A stretch of 64,000 nt of DNA from Paraphysomonas bandaiensis (GCA_965644295.1 CBFFRP010000242.1:170401-234400), one strand, 5' to 3'; shown: positions 28,983 to 41,285, counted from the first letter of the stretch. The notes: generated from the letters alone by a model not told the origin. Numbers and translations are program-made.

Positions 28983-29414
28983 ATTGATACGCAGCCCTGC
29001 ACTAAAGTAGCTAATCTTATGCATGAGAAAAAAAACTAGATATAAACGCGGAATATGCAGGTGTACTGCTACAAAGCGAAATTGACGCTGTCGAAAAGAG
29101 CACACCACTGAATTTAGTACCTATCTGTTACAGTAAAACGTGCTTATCTTGTATACAATAGAAACCAAATGATATAATTAGTGCTTTGCACCATAACTCA
29201 TAGTCATAGAAATCTCCTCACAGCTTCACTAGTACTCTTCTTCACACGAGTTCTCTCCTTGCTGTTCACGTTTCTTGTCGTGGTAGCAGAACTGAGATGG
29301 CGTGGCGAGGATACATACAAAGTTATCAAGTCGAAATGTATGAATGATTCCAAGTGCTACTTCAAAGTTGAAATCACTATTACCACAGTAATAGGCAATA
29401 ACATACACATCGCA

Positions 29415-30699
29415 TCATTCATATGAATCGGCCTTGCGAGCACGCTCCCAAAAGAGGCTCACTGCATACTTGTATAACGCAATATCATAAGCATTATCTT
29501 CATGAAAAAATTTCAAGATACTTGGTGGCATAAGCTTTGAATATTTGGAATAAGACGACGCTCGCGAAGCTTTCTTCCCAGTGTTGGTGTGTGAAACGTG
29601 GGTGAGGTTGAACGATTTATCGTGCAACGTCCGGCGAATAACTTGCACCGTATAGTCCTCATCATACAGCTCTGTCACTACAAATTCATAGTAGTCGGTC
29701 AAGAGGTGTTTTGCAACATGCAGAGCTTCAGTGAGATTAAGGTCTATTTTCCCTTCACGAGAACCATCATAACCACAGAATACTTTGCCACCAAATGAAT
29801 TCACTAGTCTCAAATCAGTCTTATGTGCACAGGTTGAAGGATCGTGCATACATTCTATCTGTGCGTTCTTTTTCCACGTGTACTCGTCTGGTGGATGTGC
29901 AAGGCGTTTTACATAATAGTTGCTTAGATACATATCACCAGATTGATTAAGTGATTGACCCCGTCGAATCCACTGCCACCACACTGTAGCGTTAGTCCGA
30001 ATCTCCTCGTGCGCAGCAGCAAGAGAATCTTTTGTGCACTTACAGAGCTCTTTCGATACGGCCCGGTACTTGGGTGTATTGCCACAAAACAATAACCCAC
30101 GAGTGCTGCCGCACATTTCCACGGCCTTTCTATTAAATATGGGCTCACTAAGGCCCTTGTAATAAAACGCTTGCGATCCGATGCGTTCAATGGGGTCTCT
30201 GAGATTAGTAAACATCGAAAATCGACGATTTTGCCCAGAGATCTCCCTAGAAAGCGCTGGGAATCGGACAACTGACTTGCCAGCTGTGCAATCATATTCA
30301 TTATGTTTAATTGTCACATGTGGACAGCGACGAATACGTTCATATCTATATTTCTTGTTGGGGAACTCTGGTAGGCCCTCATTCACACCAAAAGTAAACA
30401 ATCCTGGCATTTTAGCTTCGCTCGCTGAAAGACATCCTCGACTGACTAGCCACTGCGATATACACTAAGCTAAACAGCGTTACAATCATTAAGCGTACCC
30501 TTTCAAGCAATGTCAAAAGACTTGTACCTCCTGCTTTCCTCATATGAACAAAATACAGACCCAGTTTAGGGCTTGACGCATCAGAGTTATTGCCCGAGCA
30601 TAGGTGAGGATGCAGCCAACTGCAAGTCGGTTTAGTTGTCTTGGGAAGCGCTTGGATGCTGGAAAATAAACCTAACACTAACATAACATGAATGTACAT
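29415..30699 (-). CDS. Secreted/Golgi sulfotransferase-family protein (2 exons)
   Basis: Signal peptide; 5'-PSB motif FVHMRKAGGTS; 3'-PB motif TNLRDPIERIGS; C-terminal DNAYDIALYKYA. Intron 30498-30453 joins the two ORFs in frame. Confidence 0.85.
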
Positions 30700-31071
30700 A
30701 CTGAATTGTATAATCTCCAGAAATCAAATCTTGTGAATATTTTGTACGGATATCTAAATACTTAATGTGCATGTGTACACAGACAGCACAGCACAGCACC
30801 TGGAACAGCAGCAAGCACCTCATAATACCTCGTAGTTGCCTACATCCTGGCATACCGCCGTATACCAGGTAGACCTATAGTTGTGTCACATCAGGCAGTT
30901 TTTCACTTGATGTGACCATGTTTTTGGATATCAGATGCCATGGGGATGCTGCTGGCTACAAAAATGGATTGTGAACCAAAAAGCAACCTCGACCTGTTCC
31001 TCCGATGGTGTATTTCCCTCCCCCAGTGATTACAATTACAAAAGTATAAATTGTGGAGTTCAAAAGTAATA

Positions 31072-32468
31072 ATGATTATCAATTGGCAGTCTGCTTTACT
31101 TTTCGCAGCGCTCTATGTTCCGGCGTACGCCTCGAATGCATCAGCCGTCAAGTCCTGCTCGTATCAAGGTAGTATTTGTAGTACTGATTTTGTCAGTGTG
31201 CTCATTCAAGTGTAGCTACTTGTACGGTTAATGGAGTGGAAGGTGTATGTGTATCGGTTAGTGCTGGGTGTTGCTCGGGTACGTGAGAGGAGATCTTGTC
31301 AATTCTATGAATATCTCATTTACACAATAGGCACAACTTACTCCGGCCTTTGCCCGGGGTCAAATGACATCCGGTGCTGCACCAATAACCAATGCTCTAC
31401 TCCTCAGGTTTGTGTCTTATCGTGCTAAATCCTATATATTTCATTATGACGTTCCTCGTGTACTCTTTATTTGACATTTTTTGAGTTCAGGGTTCTGGCA
31501 CATGTATGCAGACCTCCGCCTGCACAGGCACATCTGTAGCTGGTTATTGCACAGGGTGAGAGGAAATACATATAGACTTTTTAAGGGATTTGATATATAT
31601 GATGGATACGTTAATTTGTCGTTGTATGTATGATATACTGTCGCCACATTCATGTTTTCACGCAGCCCGAGCGATCTTCAATGTTGTGTGAGCGGCTCTC
31701 CAGATGGTGGTGATTGCTCCTATTCCTGCGGAACAAAATCCGCTAGCAAATATAGTATCAGCAGCAATGGTCTTAATCTGATTACTGCTTTTGAAGGGTT
31801 CTCTTCCACCTGTTATAAGGTGCGAGGGGCTATCGGTGAATATGAATATCCATGTGCACGTATTGTTATTCACTGTCCACAGAAATCTCAGTTTGTAGTA
31901 ATTTGAGTAGTCTAAAGCTCATCTGTAGGACAGCGTCGGTGTATGGACTATTGGTTACGGACACGCTTGTCAAGATTCATCCGATGAACTGCCAGAGTAT
32001 GGCGTAACATGTCACTCTGGCTACTGCTCCGGAACCCTCACTGAGCCAGAGGCAGAACAGGTGCTTGATGACGATCTCGAGAATTTCGAGTCTTGTGTGC
32101 AGTCATATGTCAAAGTTCCAATCACTCAGAATCAGTTCGATGCTTTGGTCTCATTTGCCTACAACGTGGGATGTGGAGGACTTAAGGATTCCACACTGTT
32201 AAGTGAGCTCAATGCGGGCACCCTCACTGACAAGGAGGCGCAATATCAATTCACAAGGTGGCATTCGGGCTGCCTCGCTGGTCTTGAACGAAGACGGTTT
32301 ACCGAGTCGCAACTTTTCAGTTCTTGTACCACGAACTTTGGGTGCACTCACGCCAGCTGTGACATATCGTATAACTACCCTCAGTGTGCGAGTAACTGCC
32401 AGTATTGTACAGCATGTGGTGGATGTTCTGGAAGTTCTTATTCGATGCCCGAATGCGTAAACCCGTAA
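31072..32468 (+). CDS. Secreted GH24 (phage-type) lysozyme/muramidase with Cys-rich N- and C-terminal modules (multi-exon)
   Basis: Signal peptide MIINWQSALLFAALYVPAYA; catalytic E-x8-D-x5-T (FEGFSSTCYK|DSVGVWTIGYGH); TQNQFDALVSFAYNVG; GLERRRFTESQLF. Confidence 0.9.
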
Positions 32469-33705
32469 AGGGTATATTGCACTGAGTATTTGGGTTGCTT
32501 ATGGTTGCATATGTCTACTCGGTAAATATGACTTCTTTATTCGATAATTAGTCAATTTATGCGATTAAACAAATTTGAAAGCGAAGATTCTTTTATCAAA
32601 AGTATTATATGCAGAAGAATCTACAAAATAATAATTGACCATATTCTTTTCTATATCTGACACTGTAATGGCAATTAAATACAGATTATAGACAAGAAGA
32701 AGGATTTCGTTTTCAACAATTAACAGCCATGATTGATGCTTCGTTTTTTGTTGTAATATGTCCGATTACTCAGGGCCGTATAATTCAGAATGCGACATCT
32801 TTCGAAAAAAGTGGCAAAAATAAAATTAATTTTTATGTGTGTCGTTTTTTCCATATTATACAGAGCTGGAAAGGCATGATTTTACGTAATTTTTTGTTGT
32901 GTGTGATGTCGTAAAATGTCGTTTCCGACTTAATGCGACATAACGAGACTTATCTTTATCAAGTCCTCTCAACGTTTCAACCACAAAATTGGGGTGGCAC
33001 ATAGGCCATCCCACAGGTACTGGAGGCCCTACTGTGTCTTCCAGGGATCCCCTCATTTCGGGAGAGGCTCCATCACCTTGTGGTCAATATTAAAGGGTTC
33101 AGGATTGGTTGTCATTTTCGTTAATATGCTGATATAAATGAGAAATGAGTATCTAGCTACATATAGTATGGATATGTGCGCTATCAAAATGTAGCAAAAT
33201 TGGGTATAACAAGTATGGGTGATTTAGGAGGTTGTTATGTCTGAAGAATAAGATGAAGTGATGTAGGTTGTAGTATGAGATGAGATGTAGATGGTAGTTA
33301 TGATTAGATTAGAAGATACGAGTATTAAGGCCAGATATAGGGTTGGAGTGTACCGGAACTACCCGTACATACGGATGTAACGGACGTTCATGGTAACCCG
33401 TACAGTATTATGATGGTATACGTAGGTATTCTGTAGGATGATATAGGAGTAGATAGCAGGATGTTAAGGGATTTCTATATGATTATTTCTGGAAGTAGAA
33501 AACTAGCTATTTATGGCTGGGAAACCACTTCTAGAATTAACTATGGGGATATAGGTAGAAGGATATGGAGTTTTAGATATAATAGTGAAAGTTGATATCG
33601 TAGTTGAGTTGAAAGTTAAGAAGTAGCGAAGTAAAGAGTAAGAAGAGGAAGTTAAGTGAAGAGTGTTGTGAGAAGACTATCCTACCCCACATCACCTGTG
33701 CACAT

Positions 33706-36621
33706 GGACAGGGATGATAAGACCAGCAATGTTAGTCATGATAGCGAGGCTCAATCACCCGTAGTCGTTACACTTGGTGGACAACGTGGGCTGGGTACAG
33801 TGGTTGAGAGTGATCAACTCAGCCATGCGTCACCCAGCGCACTATCGGCACGATCTCGGAGAGAGCCTTTGCCAGAAGAGGGAGACATTGAGAGTATCAG
33901 CCTAGACCATGAGGGAGAGGAGAGACAGGAGACTAAGGAGGAACTGCGGTCCCATGCACAGAAGGACCTGTTAGAGCACGGGCTGAGGATGCAGAGTATG
34001 GATGACAGGAAAGGTGGAACCCAACCCAATTGGTCTGGAAAGTCTACAGAGCAGATAGAATGGATGCGTGATCCTATTCTTGGAGGCAGAGACCTGGAGA
34101 TGAGGAAAAGGAGTAGTAGAGATGATATGAAGAGCTCGTGGAGGAGCACAGGAAGAAGAGAAGAGAAGATTAAAAGGAGAGATGATTATGCAAGAGCAGA
34201 TGATGTGAGGGGCCCATCAGGAGGTCCTGGATATGCCAGAAGAGATGATTATATAAAAGATGAAGATTTGAGGGGCCCATCAGGAGGTCCTGGATATATT
34301 AGAAAAAAGAATTATGCAACAGATGAAGATGTGAGCGGCCCATTAGGAGGTCCTGGAGATGATTATATAAAAGATGAAGATTTAAGGGGCCCATTAGGAG
34401 GTCCTGGATATGACAGAAGAGATGATTATATGAAAGATGAAGATTTGAGGGGCCCATCAGGAGGTCCTAGATATAGTAGAAGAGATGAGTATACAAGTGC
34501 AGGAGATGTGAGGGGCCCATCAGGAGGTCCTGGATATAGTAAAAGAGAGGATTATGTGAGAGAAGTGAATTTTAGGGACCTATCCAGAGGTCTTGAAGAA
34601 GAGATAGAAAAGCAGATGAGAGTACATGAATGGCTGGCGGAGCCTAGTAGAGAACGGAGTGTAAAAGGACAGAGATTGGGAGATTAAGTAGAAGTGTACA
34701 GAGTGAAAGAGAGTTGCACCGACTGTTGATGAGAGAATTAGAGATAGGAGTAGGGAATGAAGGGTTGACTGCAGCGCACCGTCAGGCGTGTGAATATTGG
34801 CTCCGGAATCGAAGAAGACTATTGAGTGGTAGTATGGAGACGGGTATAAAGATGCTCAGCCAGCTGACTGAACTAAACCGAATAGGGGAGAGGATACAGT
34901 ATGTGGAGGCTCAGCAAGAGGCGCTATTAGCTGCTAGGAAGGAGTTATCAGAGAAGGCAAGGATGTTGTGGATACAGAAAGGAGAGAGCATGTGTGATAG
35001 CAATAGAAGGACCTTAGACAGGATGCGTGTAATGGAGGAAGTTGATGAAACAGATAGTGATGACTGGGAGAACGACGCAGGAGTATATAGGAAGGGAGTG
35101 ATGAGAGGGCCTTTATCAGAAATACAGACTATGACACGGGAAGAAGCAGAGACATGTGGATATAAGACATTCTGCCGCTGGTGTAATATGGTGGGAAATG
35201 AGTACAAGAGTAGTTTGGATAGGCAATTTTAGAGGAAAAGTGTCAGAGTTTTCTGAGGACTCGGAATGTTGCGCAGCATGTGTTTGACTTGTTGGGGAAG
35301 ATACCCATACCTCGATGGATGAGGATGGAGACCGCAGGAAAGCTGAGATTCCAACCTATAGACTTTGATGCTTTAGGACGCTCAGCAGGAATGGTGAAGA
35401 GAGTGGATTGTGTCCAGTTCTTTGATAGTCTTTATGCAGCAGCGCATACTGCGAATATGTCACCCATGAGAATATTAGCGGAGATAAGAGGAGGAACAGT
35501 ATTCAAAGGAGAGTTAGCTGAAGAGGTGAGATGGAGAATGGCATCAGGTGACTTCGAGATGGACATAGATAGGAACAGACGAGCAGAGGAGACCCCTGAG
35601 ACGGATGTTGTGGCATGGGGATATGCACTGTATCAGTTCTCCATATTATATATAAAGATCTGATTATTACATGAGAGAACTACTTTGTTTTTAGCTATCT
35701 ACGACTTTAGACTAGTGGTATCAAAGTTGCTAAAAACTGAGTTGTCTCGGGACTGCTTGTGCATTGCTGCAAGCACCTTGGTGCAACCATCCCTTGATGT
35801 TCTCCATATTGTTTACAGAAGCCTTCGGGGTAAAGATGGATCCTGCAGTATTAATGATGGAGATCGATAGGTTCGAGTTATCCGACGAATCACCACAGGC
35901 GTTTGAGAAGTCTCTGATGGAGTTAAGATATTTAATTACTCAAGCGGGAGTAACTGAGCCAGAGAGAGAGAGTTATATCACAAGTTCAAGGTGAAGACTA
36001 TAGATATGCCACGAGTAGGTAAAAGAGAGCATTATCCAAGTAAAGCAGTGTATGGGAGTGAGGAACGTGCAATATGATCGGAACTTTTTAGTGTCTACTG
36101 TTGCACAGATTGTACCTCGGATAGTGGATCAAGACAGTCTTAACAGTAAGAATGAGAAGGTGGTAAGGTCGCATGGAGTGTATGCGGGAAGAGCAGCTCC
36201 AGAAAAGTGTGAACGAAGGATAGATGGACTAGATAGAAGTACCCGACCATGGAAGTTCCTTAAGTGTGAGACATGTGGGTTTAAACACTATATGAACCGT
36301 TTTTGTTCATTTAGAGATGATAGGAAGAAAGATGACGGGACATTTAGGAAATGTGCGGAGTTTAACGGATATAAGCCATGGAGATTTGCTAAGTTTGAGG
36401 CGAAGACTTTAGAGAAGATATTTGAGGTCATGAAGCAAAATAGCAAGGCGTGGCAAAAACTTGGAGATGTGTTGAAAAGAAAATTCGTACAAATGGTAGT
36501 CGATGCAAAAGAAGAACAGGTGAAGAGTATGAGGACTGTCTTACATCATGTGCGGACCGTAGGAGAGCCGACCAAGGAAAGGGTAGAGGAAGCCAGAGGA
36601 TTAGAGACGGTGAAGTCAGAA
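33706..36621 (+). pseudogene. Fragmented gag-like region of the outer LTR element
   Basis: Collinear purine-rich ORF pieces broken by stops and frameshifts; CETCGFKHYMNRFC knuckle; interrupted at 36622 by the Gypsy insertion. Confidence 0.6.
34177..34560 (+). repeat. 60-bp coding tandem repeat (about 6.5 copies) encoding RRDDYxxDEDxRGPSGGPGY
   Basis: Repeated gggcccatcaggaggtcctggata units. Confidence 0.9.
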
Positions 36622-37082
36622 TGTAGTTGTTCTTAAGAACAACGTATGCTCACACAAAAACAACACTGATCTATAACGTTTTAAAAAGATTTTAAGTGCA
36701 CGCCAGCGGGCTGCTACACTGTTAAGCTCACCAGCGGGTGATGCTCCTCAACTCAGACGCAAACCGCGAAAGAATTTAAATAAATCGTTATTTAAAACGT
36801 GTAATAGAAAAGTGAGTAACATGCTATACAACTCTACAGTAACACACACATACAACATCATGTTCAGCATTTCACTTCAGCACACAACACATCAGATCAG
36901 AAGTATTTTATCCGGTACGTATGTACAGCTTCAACACTCCGTGTATACACTGAAAAAGTAGAAACTGAATATGTAACTGAAAACTGAAAATACAAAAACA
37001 CTCTGTACGTGTTAGAGAGTACAACAGAAGAGTAACATATAATACTACTACCAACGCAGAAAATAACCAGTACTGCGTTACA
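36622..37082 (-). repeat. Gypsy 3' LTR
   Basis: Identical to 42939-43399; adjacent to the PPT. Confidence 0.95.
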
Positions 37083-37319
37083 CTACCCTCTTTCCCCCCA
37101 GCTGGAGAAATTAGATTATGAATACAGACTGTGATTCTTGTATGCAAATACTTAAATCGGCCATAATAAATAGCGTCATTCTAAGTATAAACAGACAAAA
37201 TCAGATTTAAACAGATATTGAGAATAAACTAGATAGACAAGGTGTAGTATTGTAATGGAAATAAAAAATATTGTAAATACTATCATATATAATAGATATA
37301 ATAGAAGAATAAAACCTGT

Positions 37320-40300
37320 TTACAAGAGTATATCAGGAAAACTCTTGCAAAACTCCGCTTCAACAAGCACCATGGTAGACGGATTGAAGTCGAAGCATAG
37401 TCCATAGCAGTAAACATCATAGGCACTCCACTCATAAGTAGTGTCAAATAGTGGACAGTATAAATCTATTCGTAGACGACGTTTGCCTGCCCATCGTTTA
37501 TAACGGCATGATACTACATAATTTGTGAAATAACAATCCGGTAAAGCCAATGCATCGTAAAAATCTGCTCCCCAAGCTCGTAGGTTGATGTACACCTCTT
37601 GGCCTGGTTGAACTCCATCAATCTGCTGTTTCCGCATTCGTAATCGTTTTTCTTTAGCTTCCTTAGCAGAAAATAAAAGCGGAAATAACGCAGGAACGTC
37701 TTTGCAATACTGCTGAAAAGCCCGTGCTGTTGCAAGATCGGAATTGTATGGAATCCACACTTGTGAATCATCACTAAATAAAACGAGAAAATCCATAGTA
37801 GATCTCTTTTCAGGATCTCCCCGATAAGCCACAATCTTTCGCACTTCATACTGGTTATAGTCTACTAAAGCAATGCGGAATGCCTCATCATGAGTACCAA
37901 AAAATGGTTTAAGCCAAGACATATGAAAGACTACCTCAAATCGCATTACAATATGTGTACAGGTGATATCTGCTTTGTACGTAGAGACAACCTCGTATGG
38001 ACCTTTAAATCTAGGATATAGTTTTGACGGTTTAAATTTCGAAGAATTTGGTTGAAATAAAACGAGCTGTCCTGGTTGATATTCCGTAAGTGTCTCCGGA
38101 GGTGTTTTGGATTTTCTCTTTGCTTGGATCTTGCGTTGAACGTCACATGCAATCTCACGTATAGTTCTCAAATTCTGATTTATAAGAGATAAATATTCCG
38201 TAGTATCAACCGAATCTGACACAGCATCTGACAATGTGAAATAAGGTTTGTCTATTGTACCAAATGTAAACTCAAAAGGTGACAATCCCGTTTCACTACT
38301 TATTTCATCATTCAGTATGAACTGGATTACCATATAGCACTCCGGCTCTCCCCAGCAATCTTGCAACCTTTCATCATGTACAAGAGCACTTAGAAATCGT
38401 AATGTCTCTCTATGAGTTCTCTCCACCATGTTAGACTCATGTCTATCTGTCAAAGACATTCGAAAACGCACGCCAAACCATTTTAACAATAACTGAACAA
38501 CCTCTGCTGTAATATTCGAACCTGGGTCTGAAATTAACACTTCCGATATTCCGTACGTCACGAAATAAGAAAACAACGCTCGCGCTACTCCAACTGCCGT
38601 GTAATCAGTTGCTGGATACAGACCAACCAAACGCGATGGCAATTGCTTTACAACATGGATACAACAATGCCCTTTCTTGTCAGGAGGAGACACAGAGAGT
38701 GTGTCAAATCCTACGTAATGTCTACAATGCTCGGAGTCTAAAGCTCTGATAGGTGCCTGCAAGGAAGCACTCATTCCCGCATTAAACTTCTGACAAATGG
38801 GACACCGATCTATGAAATCTTGTATCACCTCTGTGGTTAACTTGTGACCTGGAAATACCTTACTCAGCTTTAACCATGTTCGTTTAACTCCATGGTGACC
38901 TATCCGACCATTGTGTACTAAGTCGAACGCCTCTTTGGGTGAACTAGGTTTTATACCTTGAGCCGCTAGTTCATCTAAAGCTGCAAGTATCTCAGCTGGA
39001 AACGCTGCATAACAAGCTACATCGTCGGTTTCTGAACTCCATTCCCCTACTTGGTTAAGCTCAATAAGCTGATCATCTGGTAGTAAGTCCGTATTTTCAA
39101 ACATAACTACTTCACCACATGCGACACTTTCTTCTGGAAAACATTCCATACAAACGGACAATAACATAACATGAGCCACAGCCGATTCCTGATCCTTACG
39201 AGATAACCAATCAGCAAATCTATTTAACTTTCCCTTGAAGTGAAGCAAGTCGAAATTGAAATTCTGTATAAACATCCGCATGCGTACTATTCTGTCAACA
39301 ACCGAAACTTCCATCCATTTAAGGTTGGCGTGATCAGTCATGATCGTGAACTTTTTACCTCTCAAATAATACGACAAGGCATATACACAAAAGAATATTC
39401 CAAAACACTCCTTGTCAATAGTGGACCACTTCAATGTTGGTTCCGAAAATTTCTTCGACACCATTGCAATTACTTGATAGAATTCTTGACCATTGGCATC
39501 GACGAAAATTTGTAACAACACACCTCCACATGCATAAAACGAAGCATCTGTCATCAAGATCCATCTTAAAGAATAGTCGGGATGATACAGAGTAAGAGAT
39601 TTTAGAATCGCCTCTTTAAATCTACTAAATTCCTCCCTGTAATTTACTTTCCAACAATTCTCATTCCAGTCAAAATTCTTCTTCGTCATGTCATGTAACT
39701 TATGAGTAAGGTCACTATATAACGGAATAAAAGGTTTAAAATATATTGCCGCTCCAAGAAATCTCTGCATTTGTTTCGTCTTGTTTTTCCCTTCTGGAAA
39801 TTCAATTGCAGTTACTGATAATTTTCGGGCCTCAGTTAATTGGTAAGTGTTGTCTTTGCAAAGATAGCCGAAAAATTCCACTGATGAATAACCAAATTTG
39901 CTTTTCGACAATTTTAACACGACATTATAATAAGTACATTTTTTAATGACCTTCTTGAATTTCTCAATAGCATCCTGATAATCATACGCCAACACCAGTA
40001 AGTTGTCAAATATCACCACCATCCACTCTGAGAATTCGTTGAAAATATCAGACACTACATGCATCAAAACTCCACTTGCCGGAGAAACTCCCTCTGGCAT
40101 AAACTTTGGTTCGAACTGGCCCCATGGAGTTTGAACTGACAACAGTGCTGAAACTGATTCATGAAGTCTGATACCATGGAAAGCATTACATATATCTAAA
40201 TCAATGAACACCTTATACCCAGCTGCTTTATGTAATTCTTTTATAACATCTGGTATGGGATAATGCGGACTTTCAATTTCTAAATTAACACGCCTGTAAT

Positions 40301-40568
40301 CACCACATATTCGAATAAAAGGTTTCGTAGCCTTGGGTGCTACTACTATTGGAGATGCATAAGGACTCGTACTTGGACGATAAAAGTATCCACACATCCT
40401 ATTGAACTCCTCCTTAGTACGTTCATATAACATAGGTGGTATCCTTCTCATATTCTTTGGTTTAATTCTATCAGGAATAGTACTTTTCACCTTTAATTTT
40501 AACTCAGGAACATGCTGAATTCCAGTCCATTCTCTAGGAACAAAGACGTCAACTGCATCCTCTCTCAA
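37320..40568 (-). CDS. pol: Gypsy Pol: RT (IFDN active-site variant), RNase H, integrase (HHCC, DDE, GPY), chromodomain and C-terminal extension
   Basis: SPYASPIVVAPK, RICGDYRRVN, DICNAFH, MPEGV, VIFDNLLV, TDAS, TDH, ADWLSR, HNGRIGH...CPIC, ISDPGS, VER, KGPYEV, YEVRKIVAYRG. Confidence 0.95.
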   Translation of the reverse strand: MREDAVDVFVPREWTGIQHVPELKLKVKSTIPDRIKPKNMRRIPPMLYERTKEEFNRMCGYFYRPSTSPYASPIVVAPKATKPFIRICGDYRRVNLEIESPHYPIPDVIKELHKAAGYKVFIDLDICNAFHGIRLHESVSALLSVQTPWGQFEPKFMPEGVSPASGVLMHVVSDIFNEFSEWMVVIFDNLLVLAYDYQDAIEKFKKVIKKCTYYNVVLKLSKSKFGYSSVEFFGYLCKDNTYQLTEARKLSVTAIEFPEGKNKTKQMQRFLGAAIYFKPFIPLYSDLTHKLHDMTKKNFDWNENCWKVNYREEFSRFKEAILKSLTLYHPDYSLRWILMTDASFYACGGVLLQIFVDANGQEFYQVIAMVSKKFSEPTLKWSTIDKECFGIFFCVYALSYYLRGKKFTIMTDHANLKWMEVSVVDRIVRMRMFIQNFNFDLLHFKGKLNRFADWLSRKDQESAVAHVMLLSVCMECFPEESVACGEVVMFENTDLLPDDQLIELNQVGEWSSETDDVACYAAFPAEILAALDELAAQGIKPSSPKEAFDLVHNGRIGHHGVKRTWLKLSKVFPGHKLTTEVIQDFIDRCPICQKFNAGMSASLQAPIRALDSEHCRHYVGFDTLSVSPPDKKGHCCIHVVKQLPSRLVGLYPATDYTAVGVARALFSYFVTYGISEVLISDPGSNITAEVVQLLLKWFGVRFRMSLTDRHESNMVERTHRETLRFLSALVHDERLQDCWGEPECYMVIQFILNDEISSETGLSPFEFTFGTIDKPYFTLSDAVSDSVDTTEYLSLINQNLRTIREIACDVQRKIQAKRKSKTPPETLTEYQPGQLVLFQPNSSKFKPSKLYPRFKGPYEVVSTYKADITCTHIVMRFEVVFHMSWLKPFFGTHDEAFRIALVDYNQYEVRKIVAYRGDPEKRSTMDFLVLFSDDSQVWIPYNSDLATARAFQQYCKDVPALFPLLFSAKEAKEKRLRMRKQQIDGVQPGQEVYINLRAWGADFYDALALPDCYFTNYVVSCRYKRWAGKRRLRIDLYCPLFDTTYEWSAYDVYCYGLCFDFNPSTMVLVEAEFCKSFPDILL

Positions 40569-40574
40569 AACTCT

Positions 40575-41264
40575 TCATATATCAGTTTGTTGAGCGAAAT
40601 CAGGATGTACTTTTGATTCTAGTTCACTAAAATATTTCTCCCTAGCCTCATCCACTGACTGTTCCAAAAATGTCACTAAACTTCCAAAACTACATGGTTC
40701 GGGAATCATATCATCTTCCTCTGACTGTTCCGGAATTGGATTTTCCCAAGGATCACACACTGGTCCTGACGACATATATCTCCTAAGTTCGTCAATGTCT
40801 TCACCAATATTGGCAAGAACTTCTATCTCATTTAAATTAACTGATTGCCCCGCACTCAGTGATGCTTTCTTAATCATATTCATAAATAACTCGGAAAAAT
40901 GCTCACAGATTGCCGGTAATCCTATAATAATATCCTTTGCCAAACCGTCCAGAACATACAGTGAAAGTTGTGCTTTATAGGTCTTACCCTCATCTTCAAA
41001 AGCAATTGTGACAGGAATATATCCTTTAAGTTCAATCTGATGTCCGTCTGCTACTTTAACCCTCAACTTTTTATGTACCATATCTTTTAACAATTTGTCC
41101 CCACACTTCTTAACAAAATTTGATGAAATAAAATTATCCGAAGATGATCCGGAATCAAATAAAACCATTTCCACATTAATCTTATCACCACAATTATTTA
41201 TTATCATTCCTTGCCTATGTACAGCATTGCGAAATCTGCTGGAAGTATCATTGTAATCTCGCAT
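40575..41264 (-). CDS. Gypsy aspartic protease region
   Basis: LFDSGSSSDNFIS, VKVADG, DIIIGL; in frame with both gag and pol and separated from each by a single TGA. Confidence 0.9.
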   Translation of the reverse strand: MRDYNDTSSRFRNAVHRQGMIINNCGDKINVEMVLFDSGSSSDNFISSNFVKKCGDKLLKDMVHKKLRVKVADGHQIELKGYIPVTIAFEDEGKTYKAQLSLYVLDGLAKDIIIGLPAICEHFSELFMNMIKKASLSAGQSVNLNEIEVLANIGEDIDELRRYMSSGPVCDPWENPIPEQSEEDDMIPEPCSFGSLVTFLEQSVDEAREKYFSELESKVHPDFAQQTDI

Positions 41265-41285
41265 AGCCGCTATCAGTGATTGTGC

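Larger units (their letters stand above)
24235..28999. mobile_element. Non-autonomous hAT-type DNA element (about 0.58 kb) interrupted by a Copia element
   Basis: 17-bp TIRs CAGGGCTGCGTATCAAT (24235) and ATTGATACGCAGCCCTG (28983-28999); 8-bp TSD CAATAAAG/CACTAAAG (7 of 8 match); subterminal AATTATAATTGCAATTA repeats. Confidence 0.85.

Noticed and set aside
34177-34560. CRISPR-like repeat-spacer pattern
   Set aside because: The units are in-frame 60-bp coding repeats with homologous 'spacers'; eukaryotic context and no cas genes.
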